From positions 1,676,001 through 1,740,000 of the forward strand of contig OZ249436.1 in assembly GCA_965235115.1 (NCBI GenBank): DNA of 64,000 nt, written 5' to 3'. Each line of letters begins with the position of its first letter. The first letter of the stretch is position 1. The DNA is from Laetmonice hystrix. Its lineage: Eukaryota. Under the pieces are notes generated by a model that saw nothing but the letters and a program-made list of their open reading frames with translations, was not told the origin of the DNA and did not search any database. This document shows positions 1 to 12,543 of the stretch, piece by piece. Made by a program: the position numbers and the translations under genes.

Positions 1-59
1 GTCACTGTCGTCTGTCCCGGCCGGCGGTGAGGTCCAGCCGGCGGCCGTCATACACTCCC

Positions 60-470
60 GGACCCTGCCCGTCCCCACCCAGCCCGTCCCCACCAAGCCC
101 GTGCCCACCCACGACCCGGTCCCACCCAGCCCGTCCTCCCACGGCCCGTCCTCCCACAGCCCGTCCCCACCCACGACCCGGTCCCACCCGGCCCGTCCTC
201 CCACAGCCCGTCCCCACCCACGACCCGGTCCCACCCGGCCCGTCCTCCCACGGCCCGTCCTCCCACAGCCCGTCCCCACCCACGACCCGGTCCCACCCGG
301 CCCGTCCTCCCACAGCCCGTCCCCACCCACGACCCGGTCCCACCCGGCCCGTCCTCCCACGGCCCGTCCTCCCACAGCCCGTCCCCACCCACGACCCGGT
401 CCCACCCGGCCCGTCGCCCGTCCCCTCCCGGCCCGTCCCCACTCGACCCGTCCCCACCCACGACCCGGCC
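60..470. repeat. C-rich minisatellite built from CCCGTCC(T)CCCAC sub-motifs; G-quadruplex-prone on the minus strand
   Basis: Repeated CCCGTCCTCCCACAGCCCGTCCCCACCCACGACCCGGTCCCACCCGG with shorter variants; accounts for the Pro/Gly-rich ORFs in several frames. Confidence 0.95.
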
Positions 471-810
471 GACCGCCGGAGTCCGAGCCGCGGGAAACAA
501 CCGTTAAACCTGCCGCAGCCATCTATCATCATGTTCCATGATGTAACGGGCTTGTATATTATTGATCACAGTGACCCGAACAACATGATCATGCTAACAT
601 TGTCTGGTATCTATAGATCTATAAACTTGTACCATTGAAAGAGGCGGTTAGTATATGGCCGCATTAAGCTAACCTTTAATAATATTATTAATAATGCATG
701 CGTACATTAAACATAATACCTATACGTAAAGAGCGTGTGAAATACAGTAATTTTTATGAAAGTCCATGCATGCGCTCCGAAAATGTGTATCCCAATATAT
801 ATCATTTTCC

Positions 811-1295
811 TGAACGCTTGGCCAGGGAGATGACGCTACCCCACCCGCCAACTGACCACTGAACGCTTGGCCAGGGAGATGAAGCTACCCCCACCCGTCA
901 ACTGACCATTGAACGCTTGGCCAGGGAGATACCCCACCCGTCAACTGACCATTGAACGCTTGGCCAGGGAGATGAAGCTACCCCCACCCGTCAACTGACC
1001 ACTGAACGCTTGGCCAGGTAGATGAAGCTACCCCACCCGTCAACTGACCATTGAACGCTTGGCCAGGGAGATAAAGCTACCCCCACCCGTCAACTGACCA
1101 TTGAACGCTTGGCCAGGGAGATGAAGCTACCCCACCCGTCAACTGACCACGCTTGGCCAGGGAGATGACGCTACCCCCACCCGTCAACTGACCATTGAAC
1201 GCTTGGCCAGGGAGATGAAGCTACCCCCACCCGTCAACTGACCATTGAACGCTTGGCCAGGGAGATGAAGCTACCCCCACCCGTCAACTGACCAT
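811..1295. repeat. Minisatellite, ~49-50 bp unit, ~10 copies
   Basis: TGAACGCTTGGCCAGGGAGATGAAGCTACCCCCACCCGTCAACTGACCAT repeated head to tail. Confidence 0.97.
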
Positions 1296-1784
1296 TCAGG
1301 AGACAAATGTCTCCAAGGCAAAGAGACAATTTCCCCAAGGCCATGTTTACGTGTCGACTTGCGTGAGACGTTCTGTGTGTGTGAGTGATGGCCGGGTCGT
1401 CATGTACCAGCCGAGACTGAGATATAGCATAGCGGAGGAGTTTTTAAATAAATTACCGGAATTACTATTATGTGTTATGTACTTGAATTGGTGCAGGAAG
1501 GGGTCCCGACTCTGTCAGAATAAGTTTTTATTTCATATTTCAGGACAAATTTATCGAAATATCATTAGTGAAAGATTTATCACTGATAAATTATAATCTC
1601 AAGTAAAGAAAATCGGCCAGCGCCTATAATTTAAATACATTATATCTCCTCCGTTTATCTGTAAGAGGGGAAACCAGTTTTTAGTTCAGATAATATTATG
1701 TAATCATGAATATACGTGCCGGTATATATATTTGCTCTAAAATATAAAGTTTCTGAATTATATACGTTATATTTTATCGCAAGA

Positions 1785-1890
1785 AATTCATTATGTACAG
1801 TAAATTCATTATGTACAGTAAAATCTTGATGTACAGTAAATGTAGTTCATTATGTACAGTAAATGTAATTATGTACAGTAAATGTACATT
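1785..1890. repeat. Short degenerate tandem repeat (ATTATGTACAGTAAA core)
   Basis: About 5 copies of ATGTACAGTAAA with variable linkers. Confidence 0.85.
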
Positions 1891-2218
1891 TCTTCCCGAA
1901 TCTCGTGATGGCCTGTCAAATCGAGTTTATATTTTGATCTGTGATGGTCGTATACGGAAGGTGTAAAGCCCTCTGAGCAGCAAACATTATAGGTCTACAG
2001 TACATGTATCTGTAACGTATACAGGTCCTGGTTTGGACCGCAATCCATTTTTGGCATCTTGCGCATTATGCGGCAATTATAAACCATGGGCATAATGACA
2101 GTTATTCTCGCTATATTTCTTCCTGCATCCACTGGCTTAAATTAATATTGCGGTCGGAAGTAAGTTTCTTCACCAAGTCTGCGGAAAATATATTACACCA
2201 TCTATAACTAAAATCACG

Positions 2219-2480
2219 CTGAACTGAACTTATAGGCTGCCCGTTGTACGCCATCTCCAGTTTTTGTTGTGCCGTATAAAATGAATGAAATGAACTTATA
2301 GGCTGACCGTTGTACACCATCTCAGTGCTCCGTGGTGCCGTAAAATGAATGAACTGAACTTATAGGCTGCCCGTTGTACGCCATCTCAGTGCTCTGTGGT
2401 GCCGTAAAATGAATGAACTGAACTAATAGGCTGACCGTTGTACGCCATCTCCAGTGTTTTTTTGTACCGTATATGAAACT
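2219..2480. repeat. Minisatellite, ~64-66 bp unit, ~4 copies
   Basis: GAACTTATAGGCTGCCCGTTGTACGCCATCTC...GTGCCGTAAAATGAAT repeated. Confidence 0.9.
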
Positions 2481-2487
2481 TATGAAA

Positions 2488-2835
2488 GATGATAGATAAG
2501 ATAAGATAAGATAAGAGATGTGTTTATTAGCAACCATAAAAGTATAGTTGGATTTGATACAATAAAATATTTTTTTTAAATGAATAAATAAATAAATAAA
2601 TAAATAAGTACATTGGTAGAATTGGTTAAAACACAATTGGTTAAAACACAATAATAAAACGTTAGATTAAACAATTAAAGTATCCGTGATAAATTAATAG
2701 AATGTATTTTACATAAGACATGCATTGGGAGCGAGTATATGTTTGATTAAGAACGTTATTATAAAACGAACTTTACATTTATAGAGAAGTATAGTATTTA
2801 GTTTCCACACTTAAATGGTTGAGATAATAAACGTC
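2488..2835 (-). mobile_element. Probable decayed 3' end of a non-LTR retrotransposon (CR1/L2-like)
   Basis: On the minus strand, AATAAA (plus 2523-2528) is followed by a (CTTAT)n tail (plus 2491-2515). The upstream minus frame reads LNHLSVETKYYTSL*M*SSF, loosely like the 'WNxLPxxxKxxxSLxxFK' C-terminus of CR1/L2 ORF2. Confidence 0.4.
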
Positions 2836-3457
2836 TAATTTACCTCCAGAGTGACGCTTTTGTGCAATTCCGAAGTTCCGCTTCATCATTCCTTCATTTA
2901 AATCAAATTTGATGCAATATAAAATATGTGTATTACGTAGGGGGTGTAAACCGCTGCAGGTGTTAGCCCGTACTTTTGGCCATATTTAGAGCTATAGGGT
3001 ATATTGGCGAAAGACACGCTTTCATGTACCATATGAGAAGGTTGCCGGGTTTTTTGTCCGTTCACTGTTCTCTTTGTATCGTATACCTGTTATTAGACGG
3101 AGGCTGGGCCAGGGAAAGCTAGAGCAAGGTGAGACGGTCCAAACCAATAATTCATACGTCAGTGTGAGCTCAGGTCCCGGTGATATGTGTGTGATTTATG
3201 GCTGGCAGCATGCGTTAACAAGGACGCTTCCTACATCTACATATATATTATAGGTTGAATACTATAGACGACATTGTATGCACAAACTTGACACTCACAA
3301 CATCACATTTCGCGCTCATGAGCGGTTCCCTCCACCAAGCATCGCCTCGCGGCATTACGGCATGAACTACGTATTGATACTTGTCGTAATCAAAGGAGAA
3401 TTCGGCGGGAGGAATTAACGAACATTAACGTACGTATACATGGACATTCTCCGTCAA

Positions 3458-4245
3458 CCTACATCATTCTCCATCAGTGTTATTTTACAGGTGCTATCAG
3501 TTACATCATTCTCCGTCAGTGTTATTTTACAGGTGCTATCAGCTACATCATTCTCCGTCAGTGTTATTTTACAGGTGCTATCAGTTACATCATTCTCCGT
3601 CAGTGTTATTTTACAGGTGCCATACTCCAGCTACATCATTCTCCGACAGTGTTATTTTACAGGTGCTATCAGCTACATCATTCTCCGTCAGTGTTATTTT
3701 ACAGGTGCTATCAGCTACATCATTCTCCGTCAGTGTTATTTTACAGGTGCTATCAGTTACTTCATTCTCCATCAGTGTTATTTTACAGGTGCTATCAGCT
3801 ACATCATTCTCCGTCAGTGGTATTTTACTGGTGCTATCAGCTACATCATTCTCCGTCAGTGTTATTTTACAGGTGCTATCAGCTACATCATTCTCCGCCA
3901 GTGTTATTTTACAGGTGCTATCAGCTACATCATTCTCCGTCAGTGTTATTTTACAGGTGCCATACTCCAGCTACATCATTCTCCGTCAGTGTTATTTTAC
4001 AGGTGCTATCAGCTACATCATTCTCCGCCAGTGTTATTTTACAGGTGCTATCAGCTACATCATTCTCCGTCAGTGTTATTTTACAGGTGCTATCAGCTAC
4101 ATCATTCTCCGTCAGTGTTATTTTACAGGTGCCATACTTTAGCTACACCATTCTCCGTCAGTGTTATTTTACAGGTGCCATACTTTAGCTACATCATTCT
4201 CCGTCAGTGTTATTTTACAGGTGCCATACTTCAGCTACATCATTC
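3458..4245. repeat. Minisatellite, 42 bp unit (46 bp variants), ~18 copies
   Basis: CTACATCATTCTCCGTCAGTGTTATTTTACAGGTGCTATCAG repeated; the three + strand ORFs here are repeat translations. Confidence 0.97.
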
Positions 4246-7200
4246 CCCGAGCGGGAGTATTAATTAGACGGACCTGAAACACTGCAGGTAAATCATGTCA
4301 CAAATAGATTGGATCTTTCTATCAAAGATGGAGGGCTGATGATGACATGGAGTATAACTCTACTGAGTGACTGTAATGTCGAACCATTTTATTATACGTC
4401 CACCTGGACGACTGACACTGAACAACCAAAAATATAGAGAGAGTGACTTATGTACTTCATTTACAACAATATTAGCTCCGTGAAGTCAGGACAAATTGTT
4501 CTCATAATTTTCACTCGATTGGTGTATTTAATTTTGAATAAGTCCCAGAATTAGGTACAGTGGTAAAAAGACGTATGCTTTTCTTAAACAAATAATTAAA
4601 ACATTTATAAATACTCATGCAATGATAATGTCCTATGTTGATTCCTGCGCATTTATAACGCGATATATTCTGGATTCCCGATCCCGTTTCCTTCTATTAT
4701 TTCATCAGTGCCGCTTCCGAGACAGGAAATTATAGTGAAATCACAAACGTAGCCATGCAATGTTAAACTACAGCATTTAATACTTATTATTGCAAATATT
4801 ACATAAAGAAAAATATATAGCCATAATCAAAAAATATTGTATTTACCTAGGCGGTTTTTCTGTATCTTTATAGTTATTTTTATCATTCTCTCTGCTTCCG
4901 TTCTCTGGATGTTTGTAAACATAATGATGACATTGTCGTCAGTAGAGACGCGCGGTGTCCCACTGATACCGCCGAGATACCCGCTGTCATGGCTCGGCAT
5001 CGGTCGGGGAGGGACAGACGTAGGGGGTCTCCCCTTGTCTCACACGGGCCGGTCAGTGCCGGGTAACAGGCCTTGACCAGCTGGACATACTGACCTCCAA
5101 GGTCAGAGGTGTTGACCTCAGGATATTGTGTGTGCCGATGTCCTTGAGGCCACTTCATTGTCCAGTTGAGGGTGAAGAAAGTGACCATCTCATCACACAT
5201 GAATGTCATACAAATTAACTTGGGTCTGTTAAAAAAAAGAGTTCTTTGTTCTTATTGTACCGGCCGAACCAACAGGTCAAAGTTTAATGAGATAGCTGAC
5301 ATTTTAAGTGTACCGTATAGGGGATAAACATTGACCATGTACAAATGTATATTTGAAAATTAACCGGGCAAAACTACAGGGTCTAACATTGAAAGAAGGG
5401 TAGAATGGATTCATATGCTGACGACATTATACACAATGTGCTTGATATGCTTGATACTAGGCGTCACACCTAGAAACGGTTCATACTGAACATAAATTTC
5501 TTGCAAAGGCAATTAAGAACAGGAATTTGAAAAACAATTCTTGCAAGAGGAATGGAGACTTCAATAGGCGTGAATTTGTACGTGAAGTGGCATAATGATG
5601 GAGCGAATCGTGAAGTGACGAACACACGCGTATCCACCTAGACCCTTGTGTCCCATACAAATCCATTCAGACGCCAGATCTGAGGACCAGACCTCAGTCT
5701 CCATGGAAATTCATCCACGTGTGCACATTCCAAACCGAAAAACTCACGCGCCTCTTACTTTGAATCTTTTGAATGTCATCGTATAGAATCCGAATAAAGA
5801 CGAGCTGGGAACAATTCGGACTTTGACAAATTGCCTGCCTGAGATCGGTCTAGACTCGTGCCTGCTGCGGCTGATGGGTGATGGTAACAAAGACAATCAG
5901 CCAAACCATGCACAATGAATGGGTTCCTCACTAACACACCACTCTGACCGGGGCATGCAGGGAAAGAAAATTATGTCCTTGATGTAAGAGTCCCTCCCCC
6001 GTGTCTCTAATATCCTGTAAAAGATATGCGTTTCAAATGCTGCAATTTCAAAATACAATACTTCATGCACTTAGATAAAATCACTTCTTTATTTGTGTAA
6101 GATTTCTCAAGTGTGCTTTGTCCAATGTAGCTCTATGCTAGAATAAAAGCAGGTTTAAAAAATTAATGTAGCTTAAAGGACTGAGAATCAGTTTCTAATA
6201 AAATAAAATAGTGTAGAAAAGGATGAGTCTACATAAACTATTAATTACAATTCATGAGTTTATCCAAATCACTAGCGTGATGTTGGCGCCCAAGCCAGAA
6301 GCATCGAGACCATGACTATAAAGGAGTAGAACCTATTTATTATACAGAAACTCTGTAGTGACTAGATGATAAGGAAGTGGTATTGATTTGATTAGAGTCT
6401 CGTATACATAAACTTATTTCTGTTTGGTACTTTGAATCATTGATAGCATTAAAAATCGTGATTATACATTAAATTAAAACTGATTTCCTGTTTGAAGTTA
6501 CGATACAAGCTGCAAGATATACGAGGGCGGCAGCTCAATATGAAACTGCTTCACTACAGGAAACATCAAGTATTAATATCTAGTGGTTATTATTACTAGA
6601 AAAATATATTAAACTTATTTTTTTAGGTAATAGTCTTAATGTTTTCGTTTGTTAAGGATACCATTTCGAGTTTTTCTGCTAAAAAGATTTTACGTTTTAC
6701 AGGCATTTGTAAACCTATACGTCTCTGATTCGCGGTCGTATATTGTCTCGAAAAGAATAAGATACACCGTATATCAGACCTTGAAAAGAATAAGATACAC
6801 AATATCAGACCTTGAAAAGTACAGGCTCCAGATTTTACACTGTATACAGCTCAATGTTGTCTTATGATATATTTTTCTGTGAAAGTACATTGCACACGTC
6901 CAAGACCTTTCGAATTTTGTGATTTTCGTTCTTTTCCATTTAGTAACAACAAAAATTTCAGCCTGAATTGCCAATTTCTCAGATCTATCGACGGATTTGA
7001 AATCTGAGACGCCAAGCTCCTTTCCAATTTTCCAAACGCAGAAGATAGTTTTTAGAGATGTCCGCCGCGAGCCGAGCGCCAACTCATCGGTCATGCAAGA
7101 GAAGGGAGCCTTTGAGCGTCGGTGTCAGGTAAGGCTGCACCTGAGTACACAGCGCCCTCCCTCGGCAGGCGAGCGAACTCCGCCAGCCACACCGCACAGC

Positions 7201-7274
7201 TTCCCCCTAATTACATGCTGGCGGTGATATGATTTATGTAGGAAACATTTCCAGAACCCGGTCTGTGGGTAAGG

Positions 7275-8434
7275 TCTCTAACATATATCGTAACCTACAT
7301 AATGTATAGCTCTCCTCCCAACATATCTTATCTCTAACATGTATCATAACCAACATAATGTATAGCTCTCCTCTCAACATATCTTATCTCTAACATGTAT
7401 CATAACCTACATAATGTATAGCTCTCCTCTCAACATATCTTATCTCTAACATATATCGTAACCTACATAATGTATAGCTCTCCTCCCAACATATCTTATC
7501 TCTAACATGTATCATAACCAACATAATGTATAGCTCTCCTCTCAACATATCTTATCTCTAACATGTATCATAACCTACATAATGTATAGCTCTCCTCTCA
7601 ACATATCTTATCTCTAACATGTATCATAACCTACATAATGTATAACTCTCTCAACATATCTTATCTCTAACATGTATCATAACCTACATAATGTATAGCT
7701 CTCCCAACATATCTTATCTCTAACATGTATCATAACCTACATAATGTATAGCTCTCCTCCCAACATATCTTATCTCTAACATGTATCATAACCTACATAA
7801 TGTATAACTCTCTCAACATATCTTATCTCTAACATGTATCATAACCTACATAATGTATAGCTCTCCTCTCAACATATCTTATCTCTAACATGTATCATAA
7901 CCTACATAATGTATAGCTCTCCTCTCAACATATCTTATCTCTAACATGTATCATAACCTACATAATGTATAGCTCTCCCAACATATCTTATCTCTAACAT
8001 GTATCGTAACCTACATAATGTATAGCTCTCCTCTCAACATATCTTATCTCTAACATGTATCATAACCAACATAATGTATAGCTCTCCTCTCAACATATCT
8101 TATCTCTAACATGTATCGTAACCTACATAATGTATAGTTCTCTTCTCAACATATCTTATCTCTAACATGTATCATAACCAACATAATGTATAGCTCTCAC
8201 CTCAACATATCTTATCTCTAACATGTATCATAACCTACATAATGTATAGCTCTCTCAACATATCTTATCTCTAACATGTATCATAGCCAACATAATGTAT
8301 AGCTCTCCTCTCAACATATCTTATCTCTAACATGTATCATAACCTACATAATGTAATAGTTCTCCTCTCAGCATATCTTATCTCTAACATGTATCATAGC
8401 CAACATAATGTAATAGTTCTCCTCTCAGCATATC
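7275..8434. repeat. Minisatellite, 56 bp unit (53 bp variants), ~21 copies
   Basis: TCTCTAACATGTATCATAACCTACATAATGTATAGCTCTCCTCTCAACATATCTTA repeated. Confidence 0.97.
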
Positions 8435-8471
8435 CACCAAATGTAAGAACAAAACATTTATCACCCGCCTA

Positions 8472-8560
8472 TAACCCTGCCCCTAACCCTAACCCTAGCC
8501 CTGCCCCTAACCCTAACCCTGCCCCTAACCCTAACCCATAGCCCAGCCCCAACCCCTACC
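8472..8560. repeat. Interstitial telomere-like (CCCTAA)n variant tract
   Basis: CCCTAA hexamers interspersed with CCCTGC/CCCTAG/CCCATA variants. Confidence 0.85.
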
Positions 8561-9117
8561 CACAATTCCGTGTGACAGTACATGGGGACTGCCGTGGTAC
8601 AGACCGCCTTTTGGATTTCGCATGGCATAATGTTAGATCTGGGAGGACCGTCGTTTGTAAGCGAGTAGGGGGGTGGGGTCTGTTTAGTTAATTATAGCGG
8701 ATAGAAGCACCGTAAAAAAAATAATCCTCAGCAAATCCATCTGCCCGGGCAAGTGAAACCGTCTTTGGTCGATGTTTTGACTGGCACGTTCAGGCACAGT
8801 TCCTGCGTGGGCCCAGCTAGAACTTAAAGTTCGCTGTGAACGAGCCATAAATCATATCACAACCATTGATTAGACCATCATAGCACATCATATAGAAATA
8901 AAGAAAAGACCGGCATGCAAGGGTGCAATAGAAAGACAAGTTCGCTCACACCGATCTGCGTGTTAAACATCTGCCAGTCTGTCAGTTAGTCGTCATAATT
9001 CACGGTTAACGCATCGCCAACACAAAGCAACAACATCCAGAAACAACTATAGGGACCTACATGGACCTAAACCCTTCATTTGTCACTCCAAGACTACATT
9101 TGACAGGCAAATGGCTC

Positions 9118-10784
9118 TTTTATAAAGCAGACAGCCTGTGATAATTACTTCATATATTATTTTATAAAGCAGACAGCCTGTGATAATTACTTCATATATT
9201 ATTTTATAAAGCAGACAACCTGTGATAATTACTTTATATATTATTTTATAAAGCAGACAGCCTGTGATAATTACTTCATATATTATTTTATAAAGCAGAC
9301 AGCCTGTGATAATTACTTCATATATTATTTTATAAAGCAGACAGCCTGTCATAATTACTTTATATATTATTTTATAAAGCAGACAGCCTGTCATAATTAC
9401 TTTATATATTATTTTATAAAGCAGACAGCCTGTCATAATTACTTTATATATTATTTTATAAAGCAGACAGCCTGCGATAATTACTTCATATATTATTTTA
9501 TAAAGCCGACAGCCTCTGATAATTACTTTATATATTATTTTATAAAGCAGACAGCCTGTCATAATTACTTCATATATTATTTTATAAAGCAGACAGCCTG
9601 TCATAATTACTTTATATATTATTTTATAAAGCAGACAGCCTGTGATAATTACTTCATATATTATTTTATAAAGCAGACAGCCTGTCATAATTACTTCATA
9701 TATTATTTTATAAAGCAGACAGCCTGTCATAATTACTTTATATATTATTTTATAAAGCAGACAGCCTGTGATAATTATTTCATATATTATTTTATAAAGC
9801 AGACAGCCTGTGATAATTACTTCATATATTATTTTATAAAGCAGACAGCCTGTGATAATTACTTCATATATTATTTTATAAAGCAGACAGCCTGTGATAA
9901 TTACTTCATATATTATTTTATAAAGCAGACAGCCTCTGATAATTACTTCATTATAAAGCAGACAGCCTGTGATAATTACTTCATATATTATTTTATAAAG
10001 CAGACAGCCTGCGATAATTACTTCATTATAAAGCAGACAGCCTGTGATAATTACTTCATATATTATTTTATAAAGCAGACAGCCTGTGATAATTACTTCA
10101 TATATTATTTTATAAAGCAGACAGCCTGTGATAATTACTTCATATATTATTTTATAAAGCAGACAGCCTGTGATAATTACTTCATATATTATTTTATAAA
10201 GCAGACAGCCTGTGATAATTACTTCATATATTATTTTATAAAGCAGACAGCCTGTGATAATTATTTCATATATTATTTTATAAAGCAGACAGCCTGTGAT
10301 AATTATTTCATATATTATTTTATAAAGCAGACAGCCTGTGATAATTACTTCATATATTATTTTATAAAGCAGACAGCCTGTGATAATTACTTCATATATT
10401 ATTTTATAAAGCAGACAGCCTGTCATAATTACTTTATATATTATTTTATAAAGCAGACAGCCTGTGATAATTACTTCATATATTATTTTATAAAGCAGAC
10501 AGCCTGTGATAATTACTTCATACATTATTTTATAAAGCAGACAGCCTGTGATAATTACTTCATATATTATTTTATAAAGCAGACAGCCTGCGATAATTAC
10601 TTCATATATTATTTTATAAAGCAGACAACCTGTGATAATTACTTCATATATTATTTTATAAAGCAGACAGCCTGTGATAATTACTTCATATATTATTTTA
10701 TAAAGCAGACAGCCTGTGATAATTACTTCATACATTATTTTATAAAGCAGACAGCCTGTGATAATTACTTCATATATTATTTTT
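9118..10784. repeat. AT-rich minisatellite, 42 bp unit, ~40 copies
   Basis: TATAAAGCAGACAGCCTGTGATAATTACTTCATATATTATTT repeated; gives the 550-aa minus-strand ORF with a 14-aa period. Confidence 0.98.
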
Positions 10785-11621
10785 ACACAAGGGCTACATC
10801 CTTTATTTCACTTTCTTATGCTGCGATCTTAAAAATAAACTGACAAAAAACAATTATTATAATTATGATTATTATATTATTATACTTTAATGCATATAAC
10901 ATCTGAATTTATCTAGTGCTTCATTCCGTTCTATAATAGAATTACAAAAGCACTTTTGAAGGAAAGCATTAACATGGCAGATCAGTAAACAGAAATGTAG
11001 TTTAGCGACAATCTTGAACAAGCAGGGCCTATTCTTGTACAGTTGGACACGGCCAATCTTTTTCAATTTTCTAAAATATATTTGCCATATTTCTATTAGT
11101 CCAACAATGTGAAGATCTTTTCAACTTGATAATTATGTTTGTGCATGGACATAATGGTTTTATAATCCCAACACACCTGGGGTCGACCAATATATCGAGA
11201 GCCATTTTTCCATAACATTCAATGTGGTTATTTTTAATAGATATATACTTCTCTGACCCAAGGTCAAACTGAAAATTGAAATGAAATGAAAATCTATATG
11301 TTGCATGCGTGGCTATACAGCTTAGTCACACATCTAAGCGCCAGTGGCATGACTCAGCTTGGATCCTGGCCGGGATGTGACGATCTCTAGGCCGAGAACA
11401 TCCCGGCACTGGTGCCGCCATGTCTTCCTCGTGTTGATTTATTTGATTTAATGACGTTACGTTATGTGCAGTCTTGGCGTCATGTGACCAATGTTTACTG
11501 ACGTGATCGCTTCCCGTCCTCGCCTCGTGTTTACGGCTCATCTCGTAACATCTCACGTGGGCGTGAACCTCGTTCGTGGTTATTGGCACCGTATGTCCCT
11601 GCTCATGTATAGTCACGTCAG

Positions 11622-12096
11622 TAGGAATCTGTTAGTGTTATGTCTTTACATCTGTTAGGAATCTGTTAGTGTTATGTCTTTACATCTGTTAGGAATCTGT
11701 TAGTGTTATGTCTTTACATCTGTTAGGAATCTGTTAGTGTTATGTCTTTACATCTGTTAGGAATCTGTTAGTGTTATGTCTTTACATCTGTTAGGAATCT
11801 GTTAGTGTTATGTCTTTACATCTGTTAGGAATCTGTTAGTGTTATGTCTTTACATCTGTTAGGAATCTGTTAGTGTTATGTCTTTACATCTGTTAGGAAT
11901 CTGTTAGTGTTATGTCTTTACATCTGTTAGGAATCTGTTAGTGTTATGTCTTTACATCTGTTAGGAATATGTTAGTGTTATGTCTTTACATCTGTTAGGA
12001 ATCTGTTAGTGTTATGTCTCTACATCTGTTAGGAATCTGTTAGTGTTATGTCTTTACATCTGTTAGGAATCTGTTAGTGTTATGTCTTTACATCTG
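11622..12096. repeat. Near-perfect minisatellite, 34 bp unit, ~14 copies
   Basis: TAGGAATCTGTTAGTGTTATGTCTTTACATCTGT repeated. Confidence 0.98.
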
Positions 12097-12543
12097 CCCT
12101 GGGGGTACAAACTGCATGATTAGGCAAGCAATAAACTTCAACGTGATCATTTTAAACTTATAGTTTTCTAGGAGATGGGGCCAAAGAGGGGTTACAGAGG
12201 TCCAAATTCCCCCACCAATCGTATCAAGCAGGAAATGTCAACCAGTGGGGGAGATATTTAATATATGCCTCCACTATCATTTAGATCTATACACATAAAA
12301 ATATCAACAGATATATAGGAATCCAATCTGGCATACTGACCGATCGTGATGGTATAAATGTACAATTTAATCTCGTTTTGGAGAAGAAATATACAACACA
12401 TTAAGCTAACCCTTTTGCTGACTGTGAGCATGGATCACGGCAGATTCTGGGCAAATACTCCCATTTCCAGCCTGTCGGCTGTTTTAGCCAGTTTTGTAGG
12501 TCCCTATACTACGGCTAAAATTGGTGGTCATACTCTCCCCGTC

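Noticed and set aside
2..638. Pro- or Gly-rich ORFs on both strands
   Set aside because: Translations of the GC-rich minisatellite.
4335..4425. Possible C/D-box snoRNA (ATGATGA ... CTGA)
   Set aside because: Boxes this short arise by chance; no terminal stem or recognisable rRNA guide.
9083..10735. 550-aa ORF with a 14-aa Cys-containing repeat
   Set aside because: It coincides with a 42-bp tandem array that has one stop-free frame. Unit variants are mostly non-synonymous and there is no unique N-terminus, so there is no sign of coding constraint.
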